A program made the position numbers and the translations under genes. Positions 20,958-30,739 of a stretch of DNA of 64,000 nucleotides are shown here, piece after piece (position 1 is the stretch's first letter; every line of letters begins with the position of its first letter). The notes below the pieces were generated by a model. The model saw only the letters and a list, made by a program, of their open reading frames with translations, was not told where the DNA came from and made no database searches. The stretch lies in NCBI GenBank assembly GCA_965223545.1, contig OZ245006.1, positions 1,600,001-1,664,000 of the forward strand, given 5' to 3'. The stretch is from Planctomycetota bacterium (GTDB lineage Bacteria > Planctomycetota > UBA1135 > UBA2386).

Positions 20958-22103
20958 ATGGACGCACCGACTCTCAATCAGCGTGGTGAGTTGCTTGCCT
21001 CGCTCGTCCGCATTGTGTTCGGCCAGAAGCCCTTCTTGTGGCTGCTTGCCAGCGTCGGTTTCTTCTTCATTCTAGACAAGGCCGTCCTTCCCTGGGCGGC
21101 GGGCACATTGTCCATCGAAGGGTCTCCACTGACATGGGTGCCCGATCTTGAAGGGTTGCAGATCGGCCTGATCAGCTTCCCGTTCCTCAGCTGGTACTTC
21201 TTGCGGCTCGACTTCACGATTCGCGAAGTCTTCGACGGACTCGGCACAACCGACGTCTTCCCATCAATCGAGTTCGCCAAGCTGCGAAAAGAGGCCGAAG
21301 CGGTCCTATTCAGCTACTGGTGGGTTCCGCTCTGCGCACTATTCGGCGTCCTCGGAACGGCATACGCATACGTTGATCTCTGGAACCCAGCACTGCCGTG
21401 GTGGGCAGGGTCTGAGATGCCGACTGCCTGGAGGGGCCCACCATGGGCCTACTCGTTGCTGGGGTGGCTGCAGCGCGGCCTGGCAGTTGCTCTCGCCTTC
21501 TATGCTATCTATGCCATCGTCAACATCCTATGCCGACAGTTGACACTCTTTTACTGGTTGCACATGCTCTGGAGTCGGCTGGGGTCGAAGGTGCGCCTCG
21601 CCCCGTACCACGCAGACGAAGCTGGAGGTATTGGTGCCATCGGACAGCATGCGATGCGCTTCTCCGGTTGTCTATTGGTCATGGGATTAATGATCGTCAT
21701 GGGGTCTCTCCTCCCACTGTTTCGCGGCAAGGCCGACGGGGTCCTCGCAGCAATTGACACCTCCATGTTCGTTTCCTGGTTCGTTTATTCGTTCTTGGTC
21801 GCGATTGCGTTCCGGGCCCTGCTGTGGGAGCCGCACATCCACATGGTGCGCGCCCGCGACAAGGCCATGACCTTCACGCAACACATGGATGACTTCTTGC
21901 TGGCCGAGGGCGCCCTGTCGACCAAAGCAGATCTGGAGCGGATGGAGACCCTCAAGCAACGGCGCTCGTGGTGTCTACAGGACTGGCCAACCTGGCCACT
22001 CCAGCCGCCGTTTCGCCGCTACCTCGAGTTGACCGCGGTTCTGCCGGTGATCCCGGGCGCCATCGAAGTAACATACAAAGCCGTGCGGGAATTGGCAGCG
22101 TGA
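20958..22103 (+). CDS. Hypothetical polytopic membrane protein (lower GC)
   Basis: About 6 hydrophobic segments; PYHADEAGGIGAIG and WPTWP motifs. Confidence 0.75.
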   Translation: MDAPTLNQRGELLASLVRIVFGQKPFLWLLASVGFFFILDKAVLPWAAGTLSIEGSPLTWVPDLEGLQIGLISFPFLSWYFLRLDFTIREVFDGLGTTDVFPSIEFAKLRKEAEAVLFSYWWVPLCALFGVLGTAYAYVDLWNPALPWWAGSEMPTAWRGPPWAYSLLGWLQRGLAVALAFYAIYAIVNILCRQLTLFYWLHMLWSRLGSKVRLAPYHADEAGGIGAIGQHAMRFSGCLLVMGLMIVMGSLLPLFRGKADGVLAAIDTSMFVSWFVYSFLVAIAFRALLWEPHIHMVRARDKAMTFTQHMDDFLLAEGALSTKADLERMETLKQRRSWCLQDWPTWPLQPPFRRYLELTAVLPVIPGAIEVTYKAVRELAA

Positions 22104-23716
22104 CAGCATGCCGTGTCTCATCACTCGCCATCCTCGCGATCCTCTTTGTCTACATGTGGTCGGCGGCCCCGGGCCTCAACTGGGGCGATGGCGCAAGGCT
22201 GCAGCTAGAGGCGATCGGCGGCGGCGCAACATACCACTTTATAGATTCAGTAGAAGGACTGCGCGGCTCGTCCGTGATCGGCCGACTCGGCTGCACGCCT
22301 TGGGACCACCCGCCGTACCTACTGCTCACGCACTTCCTGGCTGAGCTTTCCACGAATCCACTACGCGACCTCAACCTGCTGTCCTCGGCTTGTGCCGCCC
22401 TCGCTCTATCGCTCTTGCTTCGCGCGATGCGCGGCCTCGCCCCCAGCCTTGGTGCACTGGGCGCCGTTGTGATGCTGGCGGGGTCACATACGTTCTGGTT
22501 CCACGCGGCCACGACGGAGGTGTACGCCCTGCACGTAGCATTCATGGCATGGTTGATCGGCAGAATTTTACGCGGTGGTCCAACTGGAGCGCCCCAAACC
22601 TTCACGTACGGTCTAACGTGCGGCTTGGCGGTCGCCAACCACGTCATGATGGCGCTGACGATCCTGCCCTCGCTGTTGTTCGTCCGGTGGCGGGCCATGC
22701 GACGGCGGGACGTCATACTTGGCACCGCGGGATTCGTGTGCGGCTTGACTCCGTGGCTCGTGGCATTTGCGGGCGTGACAAGAACCCATGGTGCCGAAAT
22801 AGCACTACGCTCGGCGTCCTGGTTCGGCGGCCTTCTCGGGTTGTGGAGCAACCAGTCCGTCGCGGATTGGCTGTGGAACCCAATCGAGTACGCGCTGCTG
22901 CTGACCTACCAGTTCACGCCAATCGGCGTCTTGCTCGCGTACTCGGGCGTCAAGAGGTTGCGAAACCAGAACGAAACCGCGGCGCGCTACCTGATGTTGC
23001 TGTTTGTGGCGCACGCGCTGTTCTCGACGAACTTTCCCGTGGCCGACCGGTTCGCATTCCACCTGCCTTCGTACTGCGTGTTTTCGATCTGGATTGCCGT
23101 GGGGTTGGACGGAGGAGTGTCCTCATTGCATCGTTCGCGGCCAATCGTTGTGGCGCTTTTGATCGTCGGTCTGCAGATTTCGGTGTACGCGGCCGCTCCG
23201 ACTCTTGCTCGCGCCGCAGGACTAGACGAGCAGCAGTTGGGGATCTCGGTCGTCGGCTCAAAGCAGCGCGACGGGATGCGCTACTACCTCACTCCATGGA
23301 AGCGAGGCGACGACTCGGCCGAACGCTTCGGCGCCCACTCTTTGTCGGCCCTAGAGCGAGATGCGCTGGTCGTCGCACCGCACCCGGATGTCGAGGCGTT
23401 CCTGGTGCTACGTTGCCTCCAGCTCCTTCGCGATGTCCGCACCGACGTCGTCGTCGACCCGGTCGCCTTCGGTCGGCCGGAGGACTCGGGAGCGCTGGTG
23501 ACGGCCGCAATTGAACGGGCGCGAGCGCGCAGGCCCATCTATCTCGCCAGCGAAGCGGTCGTCCAGCTGGCGCCATGGGTTCGTGAAGCGTTCCACACGA
23601 TCCCAGAGGCCGGCATGCTCCGCCTGGTACGGCGACCTGGCCGCGACTCCCCGGAACGCAGCGTCGATCCTCCCACCTCCAGCCTCCGCTCGACGCTGCT
23701 TCGCGCCGTGCGATAG
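22100..23716 (+). CDS. DUF2723/TMEM260-like GT-C membrane glycosyltransferase
   Basis: APGLNWGDG, HPPY, NLLSSAC, SHTFWFHAATTEVYAL, GLAVANH; GTGA overlap with the upstream gene. Confidence 0.8.
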   Translation: MTACRVSSLAILAILFVYMWSAAPGLNWGDGARLQLEAIGGGATYHFIDSVEGLRGSSVIGRLGCTPWDHPPYLLLTHFLAELSTNPLRDLNLLSSACAALALSLLLRAMRGLAPSLGALGAVVMLAGSHTFWFHAATTEVYALHVAFMAWLIGRILRGGPTGAPQTFTYGLTCGLAVANHVMMALTILPSLLFVRWRAMRRRDVILGTAGFVCGLTPWLVAFAGVTRTHGAEIALRSASWFGGLLGLWSNQSVADWLWNPIEYALLLTYQFTPIGVLLAYSGVKRLRNQNETAARYLMLLFVAHALFSTNFPVADRFAFHLPSYCVFSIWIAVGLDGGVSSLHRSRPIVVALLIVGLQISVYAAAPTLARAAGLDEQQLGISVVGSKQRDGMRYYLTPWKRGDDSAERFGAHSLSALERDALVVAPHPDVEAFLVLRCLQLLRDVRTDVVVDPVAFGRPEDSGALVTAAIERARARRPIYLASEAVVQLAPWVREAFHTIPEAGMLRLVRRPGRDSPERSVDPPTSSLRSTLLRAVR

Positions 23717-23754
23717 ACACACCGCGACGCATCGTCACTGCCCGTAGTCGCCCG

Positions 23755-24264
23755 CTACTGCACGAACACGCACACCGCCGACGAGAACGTCCACCCCGTC
23801 CCCGGCTGCGCCGGCGTGCCGACCGCGGCCGCGGCCTGAAAGCCGACTTGCGCGTTGACGGGCAACCCCCGCGGCACGGGGATCGCGCGCGTCTCGAGGC
23901 CGTCGTAGCAGAAGCGCGTGCCGTTCGGCGTCGATACCGCACCCCCCATCAGTCCGATCAGCGGTGGCGCCAACACCAAGTTGTTCCAGATCCCCTGCAC
24001 CGGCAGACACAGGATCGCCATCGGCGCCATGACCACGACGTACGGAGCACCGAGCGGCGCGCGCACGGTGAACGTCAGCTGGTCCGGACTCCGGGTGTTG
24101 ATGGCGTAGGGGTTGCAGGAGAACCCCCAGCAGGAGTCACCGCCGGAGCCGATGCTGCTCTGCACCGTGAACCCCATGTCGCCGAACACGATCTGCGCCG
24201 AAGCACGGGGGCTGGACAGCGCCGCGATAGCGGCCACAGCGATGATCCAAGAACGCACGCGCAT
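23755..24264 (-). CDS. Small secreted protein consisting mostly of the shared C-terminal-type domain
   Basis: Signal ending ASA-Q; AGGAG RBS; IPVPRGLPVNAQVGFQA...TFSSAVCVFV. Confidence 0.75.
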   Translation of the reverse strand: MRVRSWIIAVAAIAALSSPRASAQIVFGDMGFTVQSSIGSGGDSCWGFSCNPYAINTRSPDQLTFTVRAPLGAPYVVVMAPMAILCLPVQGIWNNLVLAPPLIGLMGGAVSTPNGTRFCYDGLETRAIPVPRGLPVNAQVGFQAAAAVGTPAQPGTGWTFSSAVCVFVQ

Positions 24265-24402
24265 CGCGATTCTCCTTCGCCGGCCTCGGCGAGCACGGCG
24301 GGGCTAGGACGAAACGGTCATCCAAGTCTAGCCGCGCGGGCGCTCCGGGTAACCCGGGTCGGCCCCTTGGCGGGGGCAGCTCTTGCCAGCGGCGTCCCCT
24401 AG

Positions 24403-24444
24403 AAAAGTCGTCGAAGCTCGGCGATTCGCGGCGCCGGAGGCTTA
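24403..24444. repeat. 42-bp dispersed repeat, copy 2
   Basis: 36/42 identical to 11473-11514; includes the TAA stop of the 24442 CDS. Confidence 0.7.
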
Positions 24445-24951
24445 TCCGCCCCCGAGGCTGAGCGCGCGGATGCTCCCATCCGCGTCGAAGATCGTCATGC
24501 CGGGGTCCGACAGCAGCCACGATCGCGTGCCGAACTCGACCCGGCGCCCCACCCACCGCAGGGTCGGGCGGCCCTCGACCGCCAGGTTCCACTCGATCTC
24601 GCCGTCGACCTCGCGGCGCAGGTAGCGCACCGGCGCGTCGGTCCGATAGCCGCGCACCGCCGCTCGCGCGCCGCCGTAGCGAAACTCGACATCGTCGGCA
24701 CCGACCCGCAGCTCGAGCGGCGGGTCCCGGTCCGGCTCGCTCCAGGCCAGGGGCTCGCCGGGAGCAAGCTCGAGCGGCACCGGTTCTTCCGACGCGAGGT
24801 CCGGAGCCACCGCCTCGGGCGGCGCGGATTCGGTGCCGGGAGCCTCCGTCGGAGCGGGCTCCACCTCTTCGCCCGTCGTGCCGCAGGCCGCCAACAGCAG
24901 GACGACACCGGCGATCGGCCGGTGACAGCGGAGCTTGCAATCGCGCTTCAT
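24442..24951 (-). CDS. Hypothetical lipoprotein
   Basis: VVLLLAAC lipobox followed by a Pro/Glu-rich linker; start uncertain. Confidence 0.65.
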   Translation of the reverse strand: MKRDCKLRCHRPIAGVVLLLAACGTTGEEVEPAPTEAPGTESAPPEAVAPDLASEEPVPLELAPGEPLAWSEPDRDPPLELRVGADDVEFRYGGARAAVRGYRTDAPVRYLRREVDGEIEWNLAVEGRPTLRWVGRRVEFGTRSWLLSDPGMTIFDADGSIRALSLGGG

Positions 24952-25086
24952 GGGGCTCAAGAGGTTGCCGCACGGCAGCCCACGCGACAAGAAATCTCGC
25001 GGGCACCGGAGCGCATCCCCGTATTCAGACGTGGTGTCCGCAATGATCCAGGCGTCTCCTTCGACCCACCGAGACCGGAGCACGGC

Positions 25087-26550
25087 ATGACGACGCGCCT
25101 CTTCGCCTCCCTCTCCCTGCTGGCCGCCGGCCTGGCCTGCGGCGCGACCGCGCTGCGACCGGCGTCTGCCGGCCCGAGCCTCGCCGCCGAGGGCACGCCC
25201 CAAGACCCGCTGCGGTTGGACGCCGACCCCAGCTCGCCGCTGATGCAGACCGCCAGCGACGACCTGGACCTCCGCGTAACGCCCGTGGTCAAGGCAGTGC
25301 GCCGCTCGGCCGACTCGGTCGTCAGCATCTATCTGCTCGAACGCGGGCTGGCGCAGGCCTCGCACGACCTGCGCGCCGCCGACGGCCAGGGGTCGGGTGT
25401 GATCCTCGACGAGAGCGGACTGGTGATCACCAACTGGCACGTCGTCGCCCGCGCCCTCGGCTCCGACCACGACGTCCTCGTCGCGCTGAAGAACGGCGGC
25501 AAGCACCCCGCCACCGTGCTGAGCAGCTCGGCGGAGCACGATCTCGCCCTGCTGAAGATGCGGCTGCCGGCGGACGCGTCGGTGCAACCGATCACGCTCG
25601 GGGATTCGAGCGCGCTGATGATCGGCGAGACCGTGATCGCGATCGGCAACCCGCAGGGCCATGCCAACACGGTCACCACGGGTGTCTTGTCGGCGGAGGA
25701 CCGCAGCATCACCGTGCGCGCGCCCGACGGAGCCGTGCGTCGCTACACGGGTCTCCTGCAGACCGATGCCGCCATCAACCAGGGCAACAGCGGTGGCGCG
25801 TTGCTCGACATCACCGGCAAGCTCATCGGCATCAACAACGCGATGGTCGTCGGCAGCGAAAACATCGGCTTCGCGATCCCCGTCGACCAGATGAAGCGGG
25901 TGTTCCGCGACGTGCTGCTGTCCGTGGACCGCCTGTCGCACGTCTGGCTCGGAATGAACCTGTCGACCGACGGCGCGCTCGAAGTGACCGCGCTCGACGA
26001 GTCGGGACCGGCCGCTCGCGCTGGGCTTCGCCTGGGCGACCGCTTGGTCTCGATCGCCGACCGCCCGGTCAGCAGCACGCTCGACTACATTCGACAGATG
26101 GCCGACGCCGAGCCAGGGCGGGCGATCGAGCTCGGGATCGAACGCCGTGGACGGCAGATGACCGTGGAGCCACGCCCCCTGAGCAACGCCGGTGCGGAAG
26201 TCTGGCGACGCATCGGGGTCGAGGTCGACACCATCGAGGCGGAGCGCGACCGGGATCTCGTCCGCCAGGCGACATCGCTGTTCTACGCGGGCTACCGCCG
26301 CGTGCAGATGCTGCCCTCGGTCGTGCGCGTGCGCCACGTCGATGCAGAGAGCACCGCCGGTGCGCTCGGCGTCCGCCCCGGTGACGTGCTCCTCGGCATC
26401 CAGTTTCGGGACTACTGGCGCAGCCGCGAACTACCCTTCATCTCCGAGGAAGACCTCGCTGACAAGCTGCGCGCCTTTGCCCGCACCGAGATCAAGGTCT
26501 TCGTCATGCGCGACGGCGAGGAGCTGAGCGGCCCCCTCGCCGTGCGCTGA
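25087..26550 (+). CDS. HtrA/DegP-family serine protease with PDZ domains
   Basis: GSGVI, ITNWHVV, DLALLK, LQTDAAINQGNSGGAL; PDZ-like GPAARAGLRLGD. Confidence 0.93.
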   Translation: MTTRLFASLSLLAAGLACGATALRPASAGPSLAAEGTPQDPLRLDADPSSPLMQTASDDLDLRVTPVVKAVRRSADSVVSIYLLERGLAQASHDLRAADGQGSGVILDESGLVITNWHVVARALGSDHDVLVALKNGGKHPATVLSSSAEHDLALLKMRLPADASVQPITLGDSSALMIGETVIAIGNPQGHANTVTTGVLSAEDRSITVRAPDGAVRRYTGLLQTDAAINQGNSGGALLDITGKLIGINNAMVVGSENIGFAIPVDQMKRVFRDVLLSVDRLSHVWLGMNLSTDGALEVTALDESGPAARAGLRLGDRLVSIADRPVSSTLDYIRQMADAEPGRAIELGIERRGRQMTVEPRPLSNAGAEVWRRIGVEVDTIEAERDRDLVRQATSLFYAGYRRVQMLPSVVRVRHVDAESTAGALGVRPGDVLLGIQFRDYWRSRELPFISEEDLADKLRAFARTEIKVFVMRDGEELSGPLAVR

Positions 26551-26591
26551 CCAATGGAAGTACCGAGTCTGACTCGATTTTTCCGCGCGCG

Positions 26592-27044
26592 TCAGTCCCG
26601 CCACACCGCCCGGTGGTACGCCCCACCCTCCGCCAGCCAGCGCACGAAGCTCTGGTGGTAGGGTGCGGCCAGCCACTGCTCGAGTTGCACCCGCTGCAGC
26701 TGCCGCGCAGCCACGACCTCCCCGCTGGCGGTTGGCACGCCGCGCCAACTCGACACCGAGAAGAAGAACGAGCGCCACGCGTAGCGCCGCGCCCCGCCGG
26801 TGACGCGCTCTCCCTCTTGCAGAAACAACAGCACGGGCTCGTCGTCGACGACCTCGATGGCGAGCTCTTCGCGCAGCTCGCGGCACAACGCCTCCACGAG
26901 CAGCTCGCCATCTTCGACCCGACCACCGGGCAGATCCCACACCAGCTGCTCGCGGCCCGCGATCAGGCGCCGGTTCTGCACGAACCAGATGCCCGCGGGA
27001 TCCTCGAGCACGGCGAAAGCTCCGAGAAAGTCCGCTGCGGTCAT
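26592..27044 (-). CDS. NUDIX hydrolase
   Basis: Nudix box PGGRVEDGELLVEALCRELREEL; ATGA overlap with the GT gene. Confidence 0.88.
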   Translation of the reverse strand: MTAADFLGAFAVLEDPAGIWFVQNRRLIAGREQLVWDLPGGRVEDGELLVEALCRELREELAIEVVDDEPVLLFLQEGERVTGGARRYAWRSFFFSVSSWRGVPTASGEVVAARQLQRVQLEQWLAAPYHQSFVRWLAEGGAYHRAVWRD

Positions 27045-28234
27045 GGCGGCACAGCATCCGCGGCTCGCGGCGCGTTGCAAGCCGCGCTGGCCAGCGCGCG
27101 CCGGTACGCCTCGACGAGCTGGCGCGCGACCTGCGCCGGTTGAAAGCGCCACAGCTCCCGCCGACTGCGCTCGACCAGTGCCGCGCGCCGCTCCGGCTCG
27201 GTGAGCAGCTGCTGGACCGCGCGGACCAAGCCATCGATTCCGTCGGCGCGCGGCACCAGCACACCGGCACCCCAGGTGGCCAGCGCATCCCGCACGCCCG
27301 GCACATCGAACCCGACCACCGGCACACCGGCGGCGAACGCCTCGATGGCGGCCAGTGGGCAACCTTCGCGCTCACTGGTCAGCACCAACGCATCCATCGC
27401 GGGCAAGCACGCGGCCAGGTCCCCGCGGTTTCCGTGCAGACGCAGCCGCTCGCCAGCCGCGTGCAGCGCACCGCGCAGTGGCCCGTCGCCGAACACGTGG
27501 CCGACGGCACCCGCAACCGCAGCGACCACGCTGGCAAAACGATCGGGGCGCTTGATCGGCACCAGCCGACCGACGAACCCCAGCTGCGGATCGCTGCCGA
27601 CGACTCCCAAGTGCTGCCGCGCCGCGTCGCGGTCCCCGGCGAAGAACGCGCCGAGCTCGATCGCCGGCGGCGTCACTTCGGTCGAAGCCGGCACCACCCC
27701 CAGCGCGCACAGCTCGTCGCGGCACGACGGACTCACGGCGAACAGGAGGTCCGTGCGACGCGCCAGCCGGGCCTCGACGCGCCGCAGCAGACTGGACACC
27801 GGCCGGGCGTAGTAGTCGCGCAACACCATCCCGTGGAAGGTGTGGGCAATGACCGGCACACCGTGGCGGCGGGCCACCCGCCGGCCGATCAGGCCGGCCT
27901 TGCTGGTGTGCGTGTGCACGACGTCGGGCCGCAGGGAGCGCACGCACGCGGCCAACCGGCGCGCCGCCAGCGCATCGCGCCACGGTGACGGCGCCCGGCC
28001 CAGCTCCGCCACCTCGAGCCAACCCGCCGCCTGGCCACGGCCACGCGCCAGATCCTCCAGCGCCAGGCGCGGCACTCCGTGCGCCGTCAAGTCGACCGGC
28101 TCCTCGCCGTCTCCGCACCGGCCGACGGCGAGCACCGTCTGCACTCCCATCTCCCGGTGGGCATGCCAGAACGCGATCATCTGCCGCGTCGGGCCGCCGA
28201 CGTTGGGCCGGGTCAGAACACGCAGCACGCGCAT
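27041..28234 (-). CDS. GT4 family glycosyltransferase
   Basis: TRPNVGGP, DVVHTHTSKAG, HTFHG, VGRLVPIK, EGCPLAAIEA. Confidence 0.92.
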   Translation of the reverse strand: MRVLRVLTRPNVGGPTRQMIAFWHAHREMGVQTVLAVGRCGDGEEPVDLTAHGVPRLALEDLARGRGQAAGWLEVAELGRAPSPWRDALAARRLAACVRSLRPDVVHTHTSKAGLIGRRVARRHGVPVIAHTFHGMVLRDYYARPVSSLLRRVEARLARRTDLLFAVSPSCRDELCALGVVPASTEVTPPAIELGAFFAGDRDAARQHLGVVGSDPQLGFVGRLVPIKRPDRFASVVAAVAGAVGHVFGDGPLRGALHAAGERLRLHGNRGDLAACLPAMDALVLTSEREGCPLAAIEAFAAGVPVVGFDVPGVRDALATWGAGVLVPRADGIDGLVRAVQQLLTEPERRAALVERSRRELWRFQPAQVARQLVEAYRRALASAACNAPRAADAVPP

Positions 28235-30006
28235 CAGCAGCTCCCCTCGCGCACGCGCATGTAGAACTCGACGGCGGCGACCAGGTAGAGCGCGTGGCCC
28301 AAGCGCGCACGTCCGGCGCGGTGCAGATCGAGCATGCGATCGAGTCCCACCGCGCGCACGTGCGGGCGCTGTCGCGTGCGAGCGTCACGCAGCACGTCGG
28401 TGATCAGCGAGCCTCCGGCGGTGCGCAGCCACCGGTCGAGCGGCAGGCCGAAGCCGCGCTTGCGCTGTTCGAGAATGCCGGCCGGCAGCGCACCGGCGAA
28501 CGCGCGCTTGAGCGCGACCTTGCCGAGCACGGCGCGCGCGCGCCGCGTGCCGGTCTCCGGCGAGGCCAGCACCTCGGGATCCAAGTAAGGGCACCGCGCC
28601 TCGACGCCCGCCGCCATGGTCGCCGTGTCGCACTTCGGCAGCAGGTCGAAGCGCAGATAGAAGGCGCGGTCGACATGGCGGGCGCGGTCGAGCGCCGGCG
28701 GCAACCGCGAGGGCAGCGGCAGCCGCCCCGCGTCCCAGCTCGGCACCGCCAACGCGGCGCGGGCAAACGCCGGCGGCGTCACCTCCAACAGCGCGTCGTA
28801 GGGCGACGGCGCCGCGAGCGCACGCGACACCCGGGCCGCGGTGCCGGTCGCCAGCTGCGCCGCCGGCGCACGCCGCATTCCCCGGCGAGGGAGCCAAGCC
28901 GCGGCCCGATGCCGGCGGTAGCCGAGCCACTGATCATCGGCGCCCTCGCCCGACAACAGCACGCGGACACCGTCGGCGTGCGCCGCCCGCGCCGTCGCGT
29001 GCATGGCGAGCACCGATGGATCGCCCTGTGGCAAGCCGGTCAAGGCCGTGAGGCGCGGCAGGGCGTCGAGGACCTCGACGCCACCGTCCACCGGCACGAG
29101 CGTCGCACCGGTGGCGCGCGCCACCGCGACCGCGCGCGCACGCTCGGCAGCATCAGCGCCGACGGCCTTGAACTGATAGGCGCGCAGCTCGTCGCCGCCA
29201 TCGTCGTTCGCGCGATCGCGCAACGCCGCGGCCAGGCACGAGCTGTCGACCCCGCCCGACAGGCAGAGGCCGATCGGCACCTCGGTGCGGGCACAACGCG
29301 CGGCGGCGCGGCGCACGCGAGTGCGCAGGTCGGCCGGGCTTCGCGCTTCCGGCGGCGCCGCCGCGACGACCCGACGCAGCGGTCGCCGCGCAACCGCCTC
29401 GTGCACTCCGCGCAGATCGGCGTGCAGCACCGCATCGGCACTCGCCAGCGACGGACCCGTGCAGAACCCGTAGCGGAGCAGCCGCGCCAGCTCGACTTCG
29501 GACAACGCGAGGTCGATGCCGAGGACGCGCAATGCCGACACCGACGAGCCGAACGCCACCAGCGCACCCCCGTGGCTCACCGCCCAAAGCGGCTTCTCGC
29601 CCTCGGGATCGCGCGCCAACCAAACCGTGTCGCTCGCCGGCTCGAGGACGGCCAACGCGTAGCCGCCGCACGTCGCGGCGAGCGCCGCCGGCCCGCCGCG
29701 CTCGAGCCGCAACAGCGCCAGCTCGGCGTCGTTGCGCGTGGCGGCACGCGTGCCGTGCTCACGCCATTCGCGCGCCGAGGACGTCACCGCGCCGTTGAAC
29801 ACCGCGACCCGCCCGGTGCGCGGGCAGTGGATCGGCTGCGGCGCAGCGGGGTCGGTGATCGCCAGCCGCGCGACTCCCACCCACCAGTCGCCGGCCTCGA
29901 CGATCGCGCAACCGTCGGGCCCACGCCAGCGCAAGGCGTCCACGCCGCGGTCGAACGCGGCGCGCGTTCGCAACCAAGATCGCCGGGCTCCGAGAATGCC
30001 GCACAT
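28234..30006 (-). CDS. asnB: Asparagine synthase-like glutamine amidotransferase (probably polysaccharide amidation)
   Basis: MCGI N-terminus, RGPD, FNG, ARD..GEKPL, LSGGVDSS, LSGEGADD, EARCPYLD, KRGF. Confidence 0.88.
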   Translation of the reverse strand: MCGILGARRSWLRTRAAFDRGVDALRWRGPDGCAIVEAGDWWVGVARLAITDPAAPQPIHCPRTGRVAVFNGAVTSSAREWREHGTRAATRNDAELALLRLERGGPAALAATCGGYALAVLEPASDTVWLARDPEGEKPLWAVSHGGALVAFGSSVSALRVLGIDLALSEVELARLLRYGFCTGPSLASADAVLHADLRGVHEAVARRPLRRVVAAAPPEARSPADLRTRVRRAAARCARTEVPIGLCLSGGVDSSCLAAALRDRANDDGGDELRAYQFKAVGADAAERARAVAVARATGATLVPVDGGVEVLDALPRLTALTGLPQGDPSVLAMHATARAAHADGVRVLLSGEGADDQWLGYRRHRAAAWLPRRGMRRAPAAQLATGTAARVSRALAAPSPYDALLEVTPPAFARAALAVPSWDAGRLPLPSRLPPALDRARHVDRAFYLRFDLLPKCDTATMAAGVEARCPYLDPEVLASPETGTRRARAVLGKVALKRAFAGALPAGILEQRKRGFGLPLDRWLRTAGGSLITDVLRDARTRQRPHVRAVGLDRMLDLHRAGRARLGHALYLVAAVEFYMRVREGSC

Positions 30007-30111
30007 TGCCGCCGTTGGACGTCGTCACGGGACAAAGTACGGAGCCAATCGGCAGATTTCTGCCCTCGGCTTGCCGCAGCCGTCAGCCGGGCCGCGGGGC
30101 GGCGCCGCGGC

Positions 30112-30594
30112 TCACGGGATGTAGGCCGTCAGGTGGAAGTGCCAGCCGAGCAGCGCGGTGTAGCCGAGCAAGACCAGCGACAGCCCGATCCGCGAGGCCA
30201 TGAAGTTCTTGGTGACGGTCAGGAACGCGACGCACAGGCCGATGCCGACCGATTTGACGGCGATGAAGCCCCACACGCCGGTCTCGCGCAAGACCCAGTC
30301 GACGAAGGGGTTGAGCTCGGTGCCGCCGTGGCTGAGGAACAGCACCGTGTAGAAGGCGTCCAGGATGTTGAGCATGGCGACGCCCGTTACCGCGAGGAAG
30401 AGCAGCACACCGTGCTGATCCGGGATCGTTCCCCACTCCTCGCCCACGCGCCGCGCGGCGACGCGGCGGCCGCCGAAGAAGGCGTGGTGGGTCAGTGCAG
30501 GGCCGCGGCGGCGGTCGCCGAGGGTGCGTCCTCGGACCGGAGACGCAGAACGAAGAGGACGAGGACGCGACAGAGCTGGTGTGGCAATTCCCAT
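30112..30594 (-). CDS. DUF5658-like membrane protein
   Basis: LNILDAFYT, GGTELNPF, FIAVK; hydrophobic C-terminal half. Confidence 0.7.
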   Translation of the reverse strand: MGIATPALSRPRPLRSASPVRGRTLGDRRRGPALTHHAFFGGRRVAARRVGEEWGTIPDQHGVLLFLAVTGVAMLNILDAFYTVLFLSHGGTELNPFVDWVLRETGVWGFIAVKSVGIGLCVAFLTVTKNFMASRIGLSLVLLGYTALLGWHFHLTAYIP

Positions 30595-30739
30595 GGTTGA
30601 CTCGAGCCAAAGCCTACGCCGAGGGGTGCCGGCGGATCGGTTGCGGCGCGCCTCGAAGCCGATCGAGTGGGCCGCGAACCGGCGTTGCGGCCGGCTGTTC
30701 CGCGCCGATCTCGTTTTGAGAGCGGCCGGAGCCCGGCTC

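Noticed and set aside
28234..30006. Lasso-peptide cyclase
   Set aside because: An intact N-terminal Cys glutaminase domain, a GT4 neighbour and no B protein or precursor indicate glycan amidation instead
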